From assembly GCA_045105515.1 (NCBI GenBank), contig JBGCDR010000325.1, positions 1 through 47,816 on the forward strand: a DNA stretch of 47,816 bases, given 5' to 3'. Made by a program: the position numbers and the translations under genes. This stretch comes from Oligoflexales bacterium. GTDB taxonomy: Bacteria; Bdellovibrionota_B; Oligoflexia; Oligoflexales; Bog-1112. Below the pieces are notes generated by a model. It was not told the origin of the DNA. It ran no database searches and was given only the letters and a program-made list of their open reading frames with translations. Numbering within the stretch: the first letter of the stretch is position 1; each line of letters starts with the position of its first letter. Positions 10,166-19,317 of the stretch are shown piece by piece.

Positions 10166-11317
10166 TCAATTTGCAAAAACCGTTTCAAATAGTTCTTGGA
10201 AATCTTTCGTCGTACATGTTTTAGGGTTGTTGTAGTGACAAGGATCTTTATATGCAGTTTCGATTAGCTGTTCAGACAATGAGGCCCCAAGCTCATTCAA
10301 ATTATTTTTTATTCCCACAGCTCCTATTAAGTTTTCAACCTTTTCGATAAAGAGAATTCCATTTGTCTCTCCTTTTCCTTTTATCCCCAAAACTGTTTCA
10401 AGATATGCAAGTTTTTCTGGCACTGAATCACTATTAAATCTCAAACAAGCAGGTAACATAATAGCATTTGCCAAACCATGATGAATGTCAAAACAGGTGG
10501 ACAAAGCATGAGCGCACGAATGCGTAACACCTAGTCCTTTCTGAAAAGCAACTGCACCCATCATAGATGCCATTAACATCCCGGATCGTGCTTCCACGTT
10601 ATTGGGTTCCATAATGGAAGTCCTCAAATGATTGAAAACCATTCGAATTCCCTCTATTGCAATTCCTTCACACATAGGATGATAGTTTTTGGCCAAATAG
10701 GCTTCTATATTGTGGGTCAAAGCATCAATGCCGGTCGCAGCAGTAACTGCTGCAGGTAGCCCAGTCAATAACAGGGGGTCAGCTACGACAATATTTGGAA
10801 CCAGATATGACGACCAAATAATTACTTTTTTGTGAGTATTATTATCTGATATAACACTGCTTCCTCCCACTTCACTACCTGTTCCTGCGGTAGTTGGGAT
10901 GCTAATGGTAAATGGTATATTATCCTTAATTTCCCTAGCTTCATCTTTGCCATCCTCATAGTCAAACAAATCACCAGGATGGTCTACCATTAAAGCAATA
11001 GCTTTACCTACATCTAAGGCACAACCACCACCTATTGACACCACAGCATCAGCTCCAACCTGCTTGTAAGCGGCGACCCCCTGAATCACATGCTGTTTAA
11101 TAGGGTTTCCTGATGCTTCCGAGTAAACTTCAATAGATAGATCATGACTTAATAAACTTTCCTTAAAAACGCTAAAAAATGGTAAACTTTTGAGATGTTG
11201 GTCCGTCACTACTAGGGGCCTCTTGACACCATGCTCTTTAAGTAATTCTGGAACTCTATCAATTGATCTGGGACCAAATCTTATATCAGTAGGAAACCGA
11301 AAACTAAGCAAACTCAT
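10166..11317 (-). CDS. iron-containing alcohol dehydrogenase
   Basis: IGGGCALD, PTTAGTGSE, DALTHNIEAY, HSCAH and HHGLAN metal ligands. Confidence 0.92.
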   Translation of the reverse strand: MSLLSFRFPTDIRFGPRSIDRVPELLKEHGVKRPLVVTDQHLKSLPFFSVFKESLLSHDLSIEVYSEASGNPIKQHVIQGVAAYKQVGADAVVSIGGGCALDVGKAIALMVDHPGDLFDYEDGKDEAREIKDNIPFTISIPTTAGTGSEVGGSSVISDNNTHKKVIIWSSYLVPNIVVADPLLLTGLPAAVTAATGIDALTHNIEAYLAKNYHPMCEGIAIEGIRMVFNHLRTSIMEPNNVEARSGMLMASMMGAVAFQKGLGVTHSCAHALSTCFDIHHGLANAIMLPACLRFNSDSVPEKLAYLETVLGIKGKGETNGILFIEKVENLIGAVGIKNNLNELGASLSEQLIETAYKDPCHYNNPKTCTTKDFQELFETVFAN

Positions 11318-11344
11318 ATGTGAACCTTTTCAATTAAAATACAA

Positions 11345-12715
11345 TTAGATAATTTCAAAGTATCTTTTTAGCTCCCAGTCCGTGACAGCTTTTTCATACT
11401 GCTCCCACTCCCACAGCCTAGTTTGTGAGTAATGCCTTACGAACTCTTTTCCAAACATTGCCTCGGCAATCTTGGATTCAGAAAAAATCATAGCAGCATC
11501 CCTTAAATTTGTAGGGAAAGGACTAGATATGTCGCATTCATAGCCGTTTCCCTTTACCATCTCCTGGCTTAATTCAAGCTTATGTTCGATTCCATAAAGA
11601 CCTGCAGCCAAACATGCTGATAGGCTCAAATAAGGATTCATATCTGCTCCGGGAATCCTAACTTCCAAGCGACTGGCATTTTCTCCACCCTTAATAACCC
11701 GAAAAGCACATGTGCGATTATCAAGCCCCCATGTGGCGCTGGTAGGTGCCCAGAACCCTTTTACTAATCGCTTATAACTGTTGATTGTTGGAGCCATCAT
11801 TGGTAATAGCTCTCTGCTGCCAAGAATCAAGCCAGCCAGATAATGCTTAAAAACTTGACTCATCTCTAATGAATCATCAGCGGCAAAAAAAACATTGCGA
11901 CCGTTAGAATCGAGTAGGCTCTGATGAATATGACCGCTGCTTCCCGGTAAATCTGGACTCCATCTTGCCATAAAGCTGGCTGTAATACCATGCCGCATAG
12001 CAATCTGCTTAACGCCAGTTTTGAACAGACAGGCCCGATCTGCAGCTTCTAAAGCTTCTGAACAAGATATCGCTGCTTCATAGACACCAGGACCTGTTTC
12101 TGTATGTAAACCTTCTATTGGTACATTAAATGCGCCTAAAAGGTCCTGTAGATCATTAAAATATTCAGAACTCAAATCTGACCTTAATAAAGAATATCCG
12201 AACATTCCTGGGCTGATAGGTTTTGGCTGTTGATGGCCTTTTTCGTTCAAGCTTTCTGGACTTTCTCTAAAGTTAAACCATTCATATTCACAACCGACCT
12301 TGGCTTCGAATCCCAAATCGCGAAATTTTCCGAGAACTTTTTTCAGAATATTTCTCGGACAGATGCTTAAAGCATTAACTCCATCTGCATCATAAAAATC
12401 ACCAAGAAAAAAGGGAATTCCCTGATCCCAGGGAATATTGCGCATCGTTGAGAGATCTATTTTGACAAGGGCGTCAGGATATCCAGAATGCCAGCCAGTA
12501 AAATCAGAATTTTCATAGCAGACATCTGCACAATCCCAACCTAAGACTACATTGCAAAAGCCAAAGCCACTCTTAACAATTGATCTGAACTTATCAACAT
12601 GAACACTCTTACCTCTTAATACACCATCCATATCCGTAACTGCCAATTTTACCTTTTGACAATTATGCTTTTCGAGCAAAGCGATTACTTCACTTGCTGA
12701 CGGGGGTTGACTCAT
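11345..12715 (-). CDS. glutamine synthetase-like gamma-glutamyl ligase (PuuA/GlnA4 type)
   Basis: DGVLRGK, EYEW, HTETGPGVYE, GSSGHIHQSL, SYKRL, WGLDNRT, RLEVRIPGADMNPY; operon context. Confidence 0.9.
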   Translation of the reverse strand: MSQPPSASEVIALLEKHNCQKVKLAVTDMDGVLRGKSVHVDKFRSIVKSGFGFCNVVLGWDCADVCYENSDFTGWHSGYPDALVKIDLSTMRNIPWDQGIPFFLGDFYDADGVNALSICPRNILKKVLGKFRDLGFEAKVGCEYEWFNFRESPESLNEKGHQQPKPISPGMFGYSLLRSDLSSEYFNDLQDLLGAFNVPIEGLHTETGPGVYEAAISCSEALEAADRACLFKTGVKQIAMRHGITASFMARWSPDLPGSSGHIHQSLLDSNGRNVFFAADDSLEMSQVFKHYLAGLILGSRELLPMMAPTINSYKRLVKGFWAPTSATWGLDNRTCAFRVIKGGENASRLEVRIPGADMNPYLSLSACLAAGLYGIEHKLELSQEMVKGNGYECDISSPFPTNLRDAAMIFSESKIAEAMFGKEFVRHYSQTRLWEWEQYEKAVTDWELKRYFEII

Positions 12716-12965
12716 TCTTCTGCCTTCCTAATATATTCAGATTACCATTAAATAGTATGCAATTTAAACTAACAATACCTTGCCCTCTAACAGCTTAAGC
12801 TTATCTAAAATTTGATCTACATACCATTTTTTCGTCCTAAAAAAATAAACATGGGTCATATAAATTCAAGGTTTCAGAAAAAGATTAAAACCATTAACTG
12901 ATAAGCTTTTCAAGGAATCTCTATTGTGCTAATTAATGGTTCCTTACCTAATAGAAGGACAACTT

Positions 12966-13958
12966 ATGAAATCTCTGATTAGGACTCTTGTTTTGTTGCT
13001 TAGTTTTACACCAATATTTTTGTATGATTCAGCTAGGGCCTATCCAGTAAAATTACTTCATATGGAGTACAAGGACCCTCACTATACAAAACATGTTTTC
13101 TTAGTAGGAGATGTTCATTGCAGAGCAAGCGAAAAAAGCCAAGAAGGTATAAAAGTTATCGAACATAGTGGCCGATTTTTTGAATTGCTTGGGTCATCAA
13201 GCCGCGGACAAAGAAGTCTCCCAGTATTATGGGAAATTGCCGCAAGTGAGGCTTCGTATGACAAATCAAGGTTATATATGCATAGACAGGCGAAAAAACT
13301 ATCAAAGATGCATAAAAACAAAAAGAGCCGTTTGGTCGTCACGCCAAGTGATACTCTAAGAAAAATCAGTCCCCTGCTGCGTAAGCTTATGTATTTAGCC
13401 CTGGCTAAGCCAGGAATAGCAAAAGCCAAACTTAAAAGCAATGGATTTCGTCTAAAAGTCAGCCAATCTTTGGAAAGAATATTCCTCCCAAAATCTGGAA
13501 ATCTACTTGAAAAAAGATTATTCCAGACAAGTAATCAGCAATCACTTCCTCGTCATATTACTGCTTCCCTAAACCAAAATCTTAAATGGCATAGACAGCA
13601 GATCATTAGACTCCGACAAAACCTCTCTTATCCTCCCAATAGAATATTTGCGGAAAATCTAGTCGATGAATTGAAAATTAATCTATCACGAAACACTGCA
13701 GACCTAGAATTTCTTGTTAACATATTCTCGAATAATTCTAAGATCATAATGGTATACGCTGGCAATGGCCATATCAGGAGGTTACAGAAATTTTTATATA
13801 AACTGGATTTTAAGGCTAGCTTCGAGATAGAAAATGGTCACTATTTAAGTAAATCTGCATTTGAAGCCTTTGGGCTCAATTTAAAAGACTCGGTAAATCT
13901 GATCGAAAAACATAGTCCTTCTTCCTTTTTGGAAAATATTCCCTATATTACTATTTAG
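12966..13958 (+). CDS. secreted basic hypothetical protein with GDxH...GxxH motifs
   Basis: AAGGA SD before ATG 12966; signal peptide ending ARA; VFLVGDVH and MVYAGNGH. Confidence 0.65.
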   Translation: MKSLIRTLVLLLSFTPIFLYDSARAYPVKLLHMEYKDPHYTKHVFLVGDVHCRASEKSQEGIKVIEHSGRFFELLGSSSRGQRSLPVLWEIAASEASYDKSRLYMHRQAKKLSKMHKNKKSRLVVTPSDTLRKISPLLRKLMYLALAKPGIAKAKLKSNGFRLKVSQSLERIFLPKSGNLLEKRLFQTSNQQSLPRHITASLNQNLKWHRQQIIRLRQNLSYPPNRIFAENLVDELKINLSRNTADLEFLVNIFSNNSKIIMVYAGNGHIRRLQKFLYKLDFKASFEIENGHYLSKSAFEAFGLNLKDSVNLIEKHSPSSFLENIPYITI

Positions 13959-15939
13959 CTTGTGGTTTTAATTTCAACAATATTCTACCACTATTTTTTC
14001 CTAAGTCCTTGTGCAAGTAAATTGCACCCTTATATGTTTGAATGACCTGCATAACTAAGTTTGCTGAAACATCCTCAAGCAGGGTAGCCCCTAGTAGCAA
14101 CCTATGACTGGATTCATGCTGACCCTTGCCTTTCAAATATGCACTGATTATGGGTGAAAGCCAGTTATCTAAACAACTTAGCTCACACACTAGGATCTCC
14201 GTCATATCGTTACCCTCTGAGAATTCATCGATACTCAAATTTAGTTTGACAGTAACAGGACGATCATCTTGCGGAAAAAGCAAAACAATCAATGAACCAA
14301 TGGTACCAACCAGAGACCTTTTATCGAAACGTAATGGAATCTGTGACAGCTCCTCCAAATCATTCTCCAGGCTGGTGTCAACGCTAAATCCAAGTCTCTT
14401 AAGAGGAGAAAACATCATGGATTTAAACTCCAACATAATGGCATCTATATTCATTGGCTGATAATTCAATTTACCATCTTCAACTGCAGTAGCTACTAGT
14501 ACAGCCCGGATACTTAGCTGAATTCGTGCTACTAGGCGTGAAGCTCTTTCAAGATCTATACCAATTCGTCTATCTATCGGAAGTTTCAGTAAGATATCTA
14601 AGATTCCCTGCATCTTTGCTACAGGGGTATTTAAATTATGACTCACTAAAGAAATAAAATTACCTTTAATATCTGCAATTTCTTCATTTTCTTTTTGTCT
14701 AATATGCAACTGCCAGTGACGAAAAGATTCTAATGAAAGCTTTGCAAAAGTGACAATAATAAAGGTAGCAAGACCCGCAAAAATTGTATCAAAAATCGGA
14801 ATATAGAGATGTAAAAAACGAATCAGGATAGCATTAAATAATGGAGCAAGAATAGCTATACACAAATATGCTGCGAGAGAAGCTGGACCACCTAAATATG
14901 CTAAACATAAGGTGATCATAATAGCGAAAATAATAGCGATTGAAAATGAAAGCCACGAAGGAATGACTGTAATTAGAGCATCATCAATAAACAATTGTGC
15001 GATTTGAGCCCAATACTTGTGATATGGAGTTCCCACAATACTGGGAGGATCTTTATCTTTTCTAGTTAAAGTAGTTCCTACTCGTCCGAGCGCAACATAA
15101 TCTCCTAATCGACTTTGGATAAGTCCATTTCCTATGAAAATTTTTTTATCCTTAAAGTATGCTTCAGGAAACCAAATATCATTTAACTCCGTATAAGAAA
15201 AATCTTGGAACTCGTAGGCACTATTAAAATACAACAGATAACTGGGAAAAATTCGCGGGAGATTTTGTGATATCACCTGTTTTTCCCGGACTTCTGATTT
15301 TGGCTTCCAGACATCTCTAACAATCTCTTGAATAATCCAGTCTTCCCAATGTGATTGATAAATACAAACCGTTTGAATACCTCGCTGACAGGGGTCAGCC
15401 TCCATAATTTCAGCATAAACCCCTAGTTGCTTAGGAATGAAGTCTTTTACAAATGGCTGCACGGCAAAAATAATCTTACTATCTTGAGGTTTTTTTTTAA
15501 GAACATTTAATAGCGGTAAATAGCGTTCGTAGGGAATATCTTTTTGACCATGAATCCAGCTAATAACTATATAATTAGCTCCATGCCTTAATAAAGAATC
15601 TAACAATTTCGCATATTCTTCAACACTTACATCACGATATCCTCTATGTGAATAATAGTCCAAATACTTTAAGTCAAAATCCTTTAAGGTTACGGTGACC
15701 ACTTCATTTGAGTTAACAATTGGTCGAGGGCTAGCTGCCCTTAGACTAAATTCGATAAAGTTCAATTCTACTTTTCCAGAAATACTACGATGCTTTTCTC
15801 CATGATAAATCAAATAGGTCAAACCGGTGAATAGAGATGCAGATAGAATGAATGGATAGATAACATCAAACCACCAGATCTTCCGGTAAAATCCTGACAG
15901 ATAATTTTTCCAGGTATTGATATCCATTAGTCCCGACAC
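13951..15939 (-). CDS. CHASE2 membrane sensor with intact HisKA H-box and degenerate HATPase domain
   Basis: N-terminal TM, CHASE2-like segment (EVVTVTL, FKDKKIFIG), three TMs, then KGNFISLVSHNLNTP; no N/G1/G2 boxes seen. Confidence 0.8.
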   Translation of the reverse strand: MSGLMDINTWKNYLSGFYRKIWWFDVIYPFILSASLFTGLTYLIYHGEKHRSISGKVELNFIEFSLRAASPRPIVNSNEVVTVTLKDFDLKYLDYYSHRGYRDVSVEEYAKLLDSLLRHGANYIVISWIHGQKDIPYERYLPLLNVLKKKPQDSKIIFAVQPFVKDFIPKQLGVYAEIMEADPCQRGIQTVCIYQSHWEDWIIQEIVRDVWKPKSEVREKQVISQNLPRIFPSYLLYFNSAYEFQDFSYTELNDIWFPEAYFKDKKIFIGNGLIQSRLGDYVALGRVGTTLTRKDKDPPSIVGTPYHKYWAQIAQLFIDDALITVIPSWLSFSIAIIFAIMITLCLAYLGGPASLAAYLCIAILAPLFNAILIRFLHLYIPIFDTIFAGLATFIIVTFAKLSLESFRHWQLHIRQKENEEIADIKGNFISLVSHNLNTPVAKMQGILDILLKLPIDRRIGIDLERASRLVARIQLSIRAVLVATAVEDGKLNYQPMNIDAIMLEFKSMMFSPLKRLGFSVDTSLENDLEELSQIPLRFDKRSLVGTIGSLIVLLFPQDDRPVTVKLNLSIDEFSEGNDMTEILVCELSCLDNWLSPIISAYLKGKGQHESSHRLLLGATLLEDVSANLVMQVIQTYKGAIYLHKDLGKNSGRILLKLKPQAK

Positions 15940-17903
15940 CTTTCAACGACTAATGAAAAATTTGCCCCTTTTCCTACTTCTGAAACAAGTTCAACTCTAA
16001 TGCCAATTCTTTTTGCAAAGTAATGACACAAGTAAAGACCCAAGCCATTTCCCTTGACCTTGTAAACTTGATCATTCTTAACTCGATAAAATTTTTCGAA
16101 AATCTTTTTTTGAAATTCTAATGCAATGCCTGGCCCTTGGTCTATAACCTCAATTTTGACCTGATTGTTTGAACAATCCACAACTCGTAAGGTAACCTCT
16201 CCATCTTTTGGAGAATACTTAATTGCATTGGAAATTAAGTTAAACAAGATGGGCTCTAAAAATATCTTGTCTGTAAAAACAAAAATCTTTACCGGGCATT
16301 CAATTGCAATTCTAACGCCTTGCTCTTCAATTAGAGACTCAAAGAGACCAAGAACTTTAGCTAGCATTTCATTTAACTCAACACTTTGCTTTCTGATAGT
16401 TCTCCCTTGATCTTCTCTCAAACTTGCATACTGTTTGATACCAAATAGATACTCTCCAAGCTCCTCACAGCTACCTAATGCTTTCGAAAAAACTTTTCGA
16501 GCTACTTCAGGAACACTTTTTGAATCGGTATGCTTTGCAAGAAGCTCACGAATCTGTTTGTTATTTTCATAAAGCTCAAAGGAAAATCGATTTAAGAAAC
16601 GACTCTGGATAATAGCCAGATTTTTCTTTGCTTTGGCCCTCCCTTCACGCTTTACAAATTGTCTGCTATTAAAGTGTGCCTTAACAAAAGCTCCAGCAAT
16701 CGTGCTAAGAATAGCAAAAAGCAATGTATCAGCTAAGGGAACATGAATATTGGCGATTGCAAACAAAATACTATGAATATAGGTGAGGGTAACAAGTAGG
16801 ATACCGAATAGTGACACAGCTAAGAAGGGAGGCATCCGCCAAACAAAAAAACTAATGATACTAATAGCTAAAGTTTGAAACATATTTACCTTAAAGGGTG
16901 CATCAGACAACCAGGCACCCTCTAGCAAATTTTGTAGTAGCACAGCAAGCACATAGACGAAAGGCGTTCCAAATACTTCTGGATTACCATCTCCCTCCCA
17001 AGGAGTATTTACATGGGTTCCTTCACGGTTAGCATAGGTTCGCCTGCGATAGGCAGTATAACCTATCACAACAATTCTTCCAGTTAATCTCTGATCTACG
17101 CCGTTGGCAAGTAAGTCTACAGAATTAACTGTTAAAAAAATATGGGACTCAACAAAATTTAACTTAACATTAGGTACAGGTGGAGGATCGGGGTTCCAAG
17201 GGTTCAATCCCGAAAGTTCTTGCTGATTCTCTGCAACACGCCTAAAGTTAAGCTGTTTTAATGATTGTTTATTCTCCTGGTTTGAATACTTTTGTGCTAT
17301 TTCATTCATCAGATGAGGCACAAGTTTATCCTCTCGGTAACTCATCAATGGTAGCGTCCTGGTCACCTCTCTCCTATAAGTACGAATTGTTCCACTGCCA
17401 AACTCTTGATCGGGATAAGACATCAACCCAGTTGGCATTAAGATCCCTGTTGGCTGCCTATAATTTAAATCAAAGGTCCCCAAATAAAGATTAGGATACA
17501 AATTCAAAATTCTAAGAAATTCATCAAATTCTGCTGAATCATAATCAACATCATGACGTGGTATTACGAGGGCCACCGCTTCGGGATTTGAAAGGAAACA
17601 AGCATCTATTATTTGCCTAATGGAAGACAGTTTTGGAACCTGAGCATTTTCTTGTTCTATGGTTGCAATATCTTGTTGGCTAATTGTAACAACCGCCACT
17701 CTTGAAGTATCGGCTGTTTGCGGCTTTATCCGAGTTCTAATATCAAATAAATCATTTTCAAGGCTGAGCCTTAATTCCTCACCATAAAACACATATAAAA
17801 CGATTGCTATTGGTAAAATGCAGAAAAATGCAAAAAAGATGCTATTGATATGACTTTTTTCTGGAAGTTTCTCATTGTCTATCAAGAAGTTCAGGAGCCT
17901 CAT
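15927..17903 (-). CDS. CHASE2 membrane sensor with intact HATPase domain but no phosphoacceptor His
   Basis: LENDLFDIR, RVAVVTI, LTGRIVVIG, TP..G, three TMs; NLISNAIKYS, DQGPGI, IFEKFYRV, GNGLGL; H-box position reads FLNRFSFEL. Confidence 0.85.
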   Translation of the reverse strand: MRLLNFLIDNEKLPEKSHINSIFFAFFCILPIAIVLYVFYGEELRLSLENDLFDIRTRIKPQTADTSRVAVVTISQQDIATIEQENAQVPKLSSIRQIIDACFLSNPEAVALVIPRHDVDYDSAEFDEFLRILNLYPNLYLGTFDLNYRQPTGILMPTGLMSYPDQEFGSGTIRTYRREVTRTLPLMSYREDKLVPHLMNEIAQKYSNQENKQSLKQLNFRRVAENQQELSGLNPWNPDPPPVPNVKLNFVESHIFLTVNSVDLLANGVDQRLTGRIVVIGYTAYRRRTYANREGTHVNTPWEGDGNPEVFGTPFVYVLAVLLQNLLEGAWLSDAPFKVNMFQTLAISIISFFVWRMPPFLAVSLFGILLVTLTYIHSILFAIANIHVPLADTLLFAILSTIAGAFVKAHFNSRQFVKREGRAKAKKNLAIIQSRFLNRFSFELYENNKQIRELLAKHTDSKSVPEVARKVFSKALGSCEELGEYLFGIKQYASLREDQGRTIRKQSVELNEMLAKVLGLFESLIEEQGVRIAIECPVKIFVFTDKIFLEPILFNLISNAIKYSPKDGEVTLRVVDCSNNQVKIEVIDQGPGIALEFQKKIFEKFYRVKNDQVYKVKGNGLGLYLCHYFAKRIGIRVELVSEVGKGANFSLVVERCRD

Positions 17904-19203
17904 GTTTCAAATGCAAATAAATGCGTATTGATTGCCGCAACTCAGCATCCTGGAGTAAACAAAACATTGGATCGACTTTTCCAATGCTATGATTAGCAAG
18001 TTTATGCTCATGAAAACATCCGCCTCCACAAAAATTACGCATCCAACAACTACGACATGGTTCCATTTGAACTGCACGCAACCCAGCTATTGTTCTTGAC
18101 CTAGCTAGATTAAGTCCTTCTTCAATGTCACCTAAAATCTCTTCTTCATCTTCAGTAAAACGATGACATAAATAAAATCTCCCACTAGTTGAAACCGATA
18201 GATAATTTATTCCAGCACCACAAAAATTGCGATGATAATCTCCATGATGGATCATCTTAATAAATTTATGTAGATTTGAAATCTGTAACAATGAATGGAA
18301 TTCTTTTTTTTCTAAGTAGCAGTCTACAACTAGCCCCAAAATTTTGTTTAATTTCTCAACGTCTCCCATTGAGAACCGAAGTTTCTTATCTACTGAAGCT
18401 GACCTAGCAAAAGCGAATCGATAACTGTAGCTATTTAGACTGCTTATAATATTATCAAATGCCTCAGGTAAATGGCTGGGTATTAAAGTTGATCGCAACT
18501 TTATGCTTTTTAATTGAGACAAAGCTTCAGAGTATTTTATCAATTTTTTCTCTGTAACAGAACCTAAGTCTAACTGATTTGAGGTACCTATTCTTTGCTT
18601 TGCCTGTAGCAATGGTCCATCGTATGAGATTTTCAAAGAAAAATTATGCCTTTTAATAAAGCTCAGCATATACTTATTGAGTAGTACCCCATTGCTTGTC
18701 ATACCAAAAGTAAATTGCTTATCAACCTGGCTTTCACACCATTTCACAACCTTTTCTATCAAACTGAAATTTAGAAGGGGCTCACCCCCAAAAAAAATTA
18801 TGTGGAGATTATCACGTTTCTGAACAAAATAATTAATGACCTTTTTAGCAAGCTCCAAGCTCATTACACTGGGCTTACCATAGTCACCATCTCCAGCGAA
18901 ACAATAGGTACATCTTAAGTTACAAGATTCAATTACATTTAATGCAATTGCTGAAATATCAATTTTCGGAGGCACTTTTATTGGAACTTTTACCTGCTCT
19001 TCAAACAGGCACAGCGGGCAAGGACTCTTGCAACAAGCTGAAGTTAAAGTTTCTGGGGCTGCCGCTATTAATGTCGAAGAGGGTATATGGAGCAAAAAAT
19101 TGATATTATTGTTTTCTAAAAGTTTCCAATCATTCACATGGGATCTAGGAATTTTTTGCTTGCTACTTCGATACAACTTATCATCACATTGGCTTACTTG
19201 CAT
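17872..19203 (-). CDS. radical SAM/SPASM domain maturase (CteB/PapB/QhpD-like)
   Basis: CNLRCTYC, FFGGEPLLN, TSNG, ISYDG; SPASM CGAG...LCH...CRSCWMRNFCGGGC...C. Confidence 0.92.
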   Translation of the reverse strand: MQVSQCDDKLYRSSKQKIPRSHVNDWKLLENNNINFLLHIPSSTLIAAAPETLTSACCKSPCPLCLFEEQVKVPIKVPPKIDISAIALNVIESCNLRCTYCFAGDGDYGKPSVMSLELAKKVINYFVQKRDNLHIIFFGGEPLLNFSLIEKVVKWCESQVDKQFTFGMTSNGVLLNKYMLSFIKRHNFSLKISYDGPLLQAKQRIGTSNQLDLGSVTEKKLIKYSEALSQLKSIKLRSTLIPSHLPEAFDNIISSLNSYSYRFAFARSASVDKKLRFSMGDVEKLNKILGLVVDCYLEKKEFHSLLQISNLHKFIKMIHHGDYHRNFCGAGINYLSVSTSGRFYLCHRFTEDEEEILGDIEEGLNLARSRTIAGLRAVQMEPCRSCWMRNFCGGGCFHEHKLANHSIGKVDPMFCLLQDAELRQSIRIYLHLKHEAPELLDRQ

Positions 19204-19317
19204 GTTTTTTTTAGCCTTTTATCAACTCAATCCCTTATTCCGCTCGAAGATATCATGCCTTACATTGTAATCATAGGGTAAAAGGCTGGTAGGTGATTTA
19301 TAAATATTAGATTTTTT

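Noticed and set aside
17872..19203. rSAM enzyme as an anaerobic sulfatase maturase acting on the DUF1501 protein
   Set aside because: No (C/S)xPxR formylglycine motif was seen in the DUF1501 protein, the genes are about 15 kb apart, and the motifs look closer to peptide thioether maturases.
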